From: Ginglymostoma cirratum
Taxonomy: Eukaryota
DNA length: 64,000 nt
NCBI GenBank assembly: GCA_024137785.1
Contig: JAHRHZ010000133.1
Location: forward strand, 12,756,620 to 12,820,619
Reading direction: 5' to 3'
In this document: positions 62,400-64,000 of the stretch, piece by piece
How the letters are laid out: each line of letters begins with the position of its first letter
Position numbering within the stretch: position 1 is the first letter of the stretch
Program-made: the position numbers and the translations under genes
The notes under the pieces: generated by a model
Databases searched by the model: none
What the model saw: only the letters and a program-made list of their open reading frames with translations
What the model was told of the DNA's origin: nothing

Positions 62400-64000
62400 C
62401 ACCCATTCAATATACTTTTTCATTCCCACAGTTTCTGACTACAGCTTCTTTATACCAGCAATTTGCTGCTGCGTGAGTCGTTTCTCCATGTTAATGGCAG
62501 GTTTGAGTCTGCATTAGTGTTCTTCTTTCAGCTGCCACTTTGTGAACTTTCTCTATGCTTATGCCTCCCTGCAGCATGACCAACCAAATGCCCAAATGTA
62601 CTGCAAGCTAACTTAGTATGCAAGTTTTTCTTATGCCACTGGGCTACTTAAAATTACGGAGAGAGGCTTTCATTGGAAAATTGGCCCAGGCCAACCAGGG
62701 TGCAATTCAGCCTGCCCACAAGGCCAGTTCTATTTTTGACCTATTTGTCAAGTTTTAGTTATGATGTAAATCTAAAAAGGAGTTATGTTTTTTTTTTCAT
62801 ACATATAGGGAAAGGTACCCACCTTTCAAAATCATGTTATGGTGAAATGGAAACAAGTAGCCACTGACTCAAGCTGATCTCTTCAAGCTAATGAGAAAAC
62901 ATCGATGCTCTCCCTATGAAAATAATAAATATAACTTGACGGGTCTCACCACAAGTGGCCACAGAGACAATGGATATGGCAGGATTTAAAATACAATTGA
63001 GGAACATGAATCTTTCTTCAGGCTGATAATTATGCATACTTCGCATCAATGGATTGAGTATACTATGCACGACAGCCTCAGTTAAACCTTCAGTAGCTGT
63101 GTCATTGGATTTGCTAATTGTGCCATAAACAAGATTTCTTTTGCAATATTGCAGAAAGTTGATGATTGCAGACAAAATGGCTGCTCACCAAATGACTTTC
63201 AGAGCAACATTGTAATGAACTTGCACGCTGAAGAAGGTATGTGGTTTAATCATATCCAAGTCTGTAATTCAGGATTTCTGAAAGAGAGACCTGGGCCCAG
63301 TATTTGTAAATATACCAATGAAGGCTTGGAGTTAGAAGGAGCTTATAATAGTTTCTATTAATAACATAACATTGACTGTGCTCAACTTTGTTGAACTGTA
63401 AATCCAGGGAATGAGTATTTCCACGAAACTCTGCACTCTGGGAAAGCAACGTAATGCCAAGTGAGAGAAATATACAGCAATGTGTGGGAGGTATAAACAT
63501 AGCCAGCATTGACAAGTACTACATTTAAATAATTCCTTAATTAGATTATGATTATTCATGAAAGCACTTTATTTCAGTGGGTGGACAAGACTCATACAAA
63601 AATTTGGTAGAAAATGAAATGAGAGGTGTTGTTTCATAATAGGCCACAGAAATTACAAATGCTGGAAGTCTCGAACTGAAAACGAAAATGCTGGAAATAA
63701 TTAAGATTGAATAATAACTGCAGCTCCTAGCTTTAGCTCCCAAACCTCCCTGCTGGTAGAGAGCAAAAGCAGAAAATGCTACATCTGCTCAAAAGAGTTA
63801 GGCATCTGAGTGTAGAGAGGAACAGAGTTAACAGGGCTGAATTTTGTACAGTTGTGGGTCTCCCAGCAACTGAGTGAAAAGCTCTGTGGCGACCCCACCT
63901 TGGATGTTGGTGGATGCATTTTTCAGCTACCATGCACCTAAATTAGTTGCCGTTAAGGCTTTCATCATGTTAAATGCCTGCTGCCTAACCCCAGGAGCTG

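Larger units (their letters stand above)
58800..62640 (-). mobile_element. Decayed Gypsy element of a second family (gag knuckle-PR-RT-RH-INT)
   Basis: RNCG..HIERVC knuckle; LVRMEMDTGAAVSLI (~62000-62038); YLDD at 61117-61128; ASPYG (~60680); RIDY..PF..VD and DNGP integrase motifs; possible LTR end tatatacaaca at ~58849. Confidence 0.88.

Overview
Eukaryotic, CpG-depleted, repeat-dense genomic DNA from a cartilaginous fish. The shark assignment is inferred from HE1/V-SINE, CR1/HER1-type LINEs, a Deu-domain SINE and shark-type Penelope termini. I found no recognisable host gene, rRNA, tRNA or CRISPR array, so the window looks intronic or intergenic. It contains: (i) several members of one short-LTR Gypsy family, including a full-length decayed copy at 2432-7798 with a perfect 5-bp TSD; (ii) two other Gypsy pol relics and solo LTRs; (iii) many CR1, L2 and Rex1 fragments; (iv) about ten Penelope pseudo-LTR insertions, several palindromic and some carrying minimal hammerhead-ribozyme cores, with 12-16 bp TSDs; (v) a Harbinger Myb/SANT gene relic. 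Two observations stand out. First, two separate copies of a single-ORF LINE begin directly with the tRNA-derived Pol III head and central domain of the window's most common SINE, and that SINE also shares the LINE's 3' tail, so it looks like an internal-deletion derivative of a tRNA-headed LINE. Second, an LTR-bounded unit at 34084-36640 has its gag-pol replaced by an inverted copy of host DNA from 12828-15054, with an identity gradient that suggests later gene conversion. Family names come from recall and alignment by eye, not from database searches. Boundaries without a TSD are approximate.
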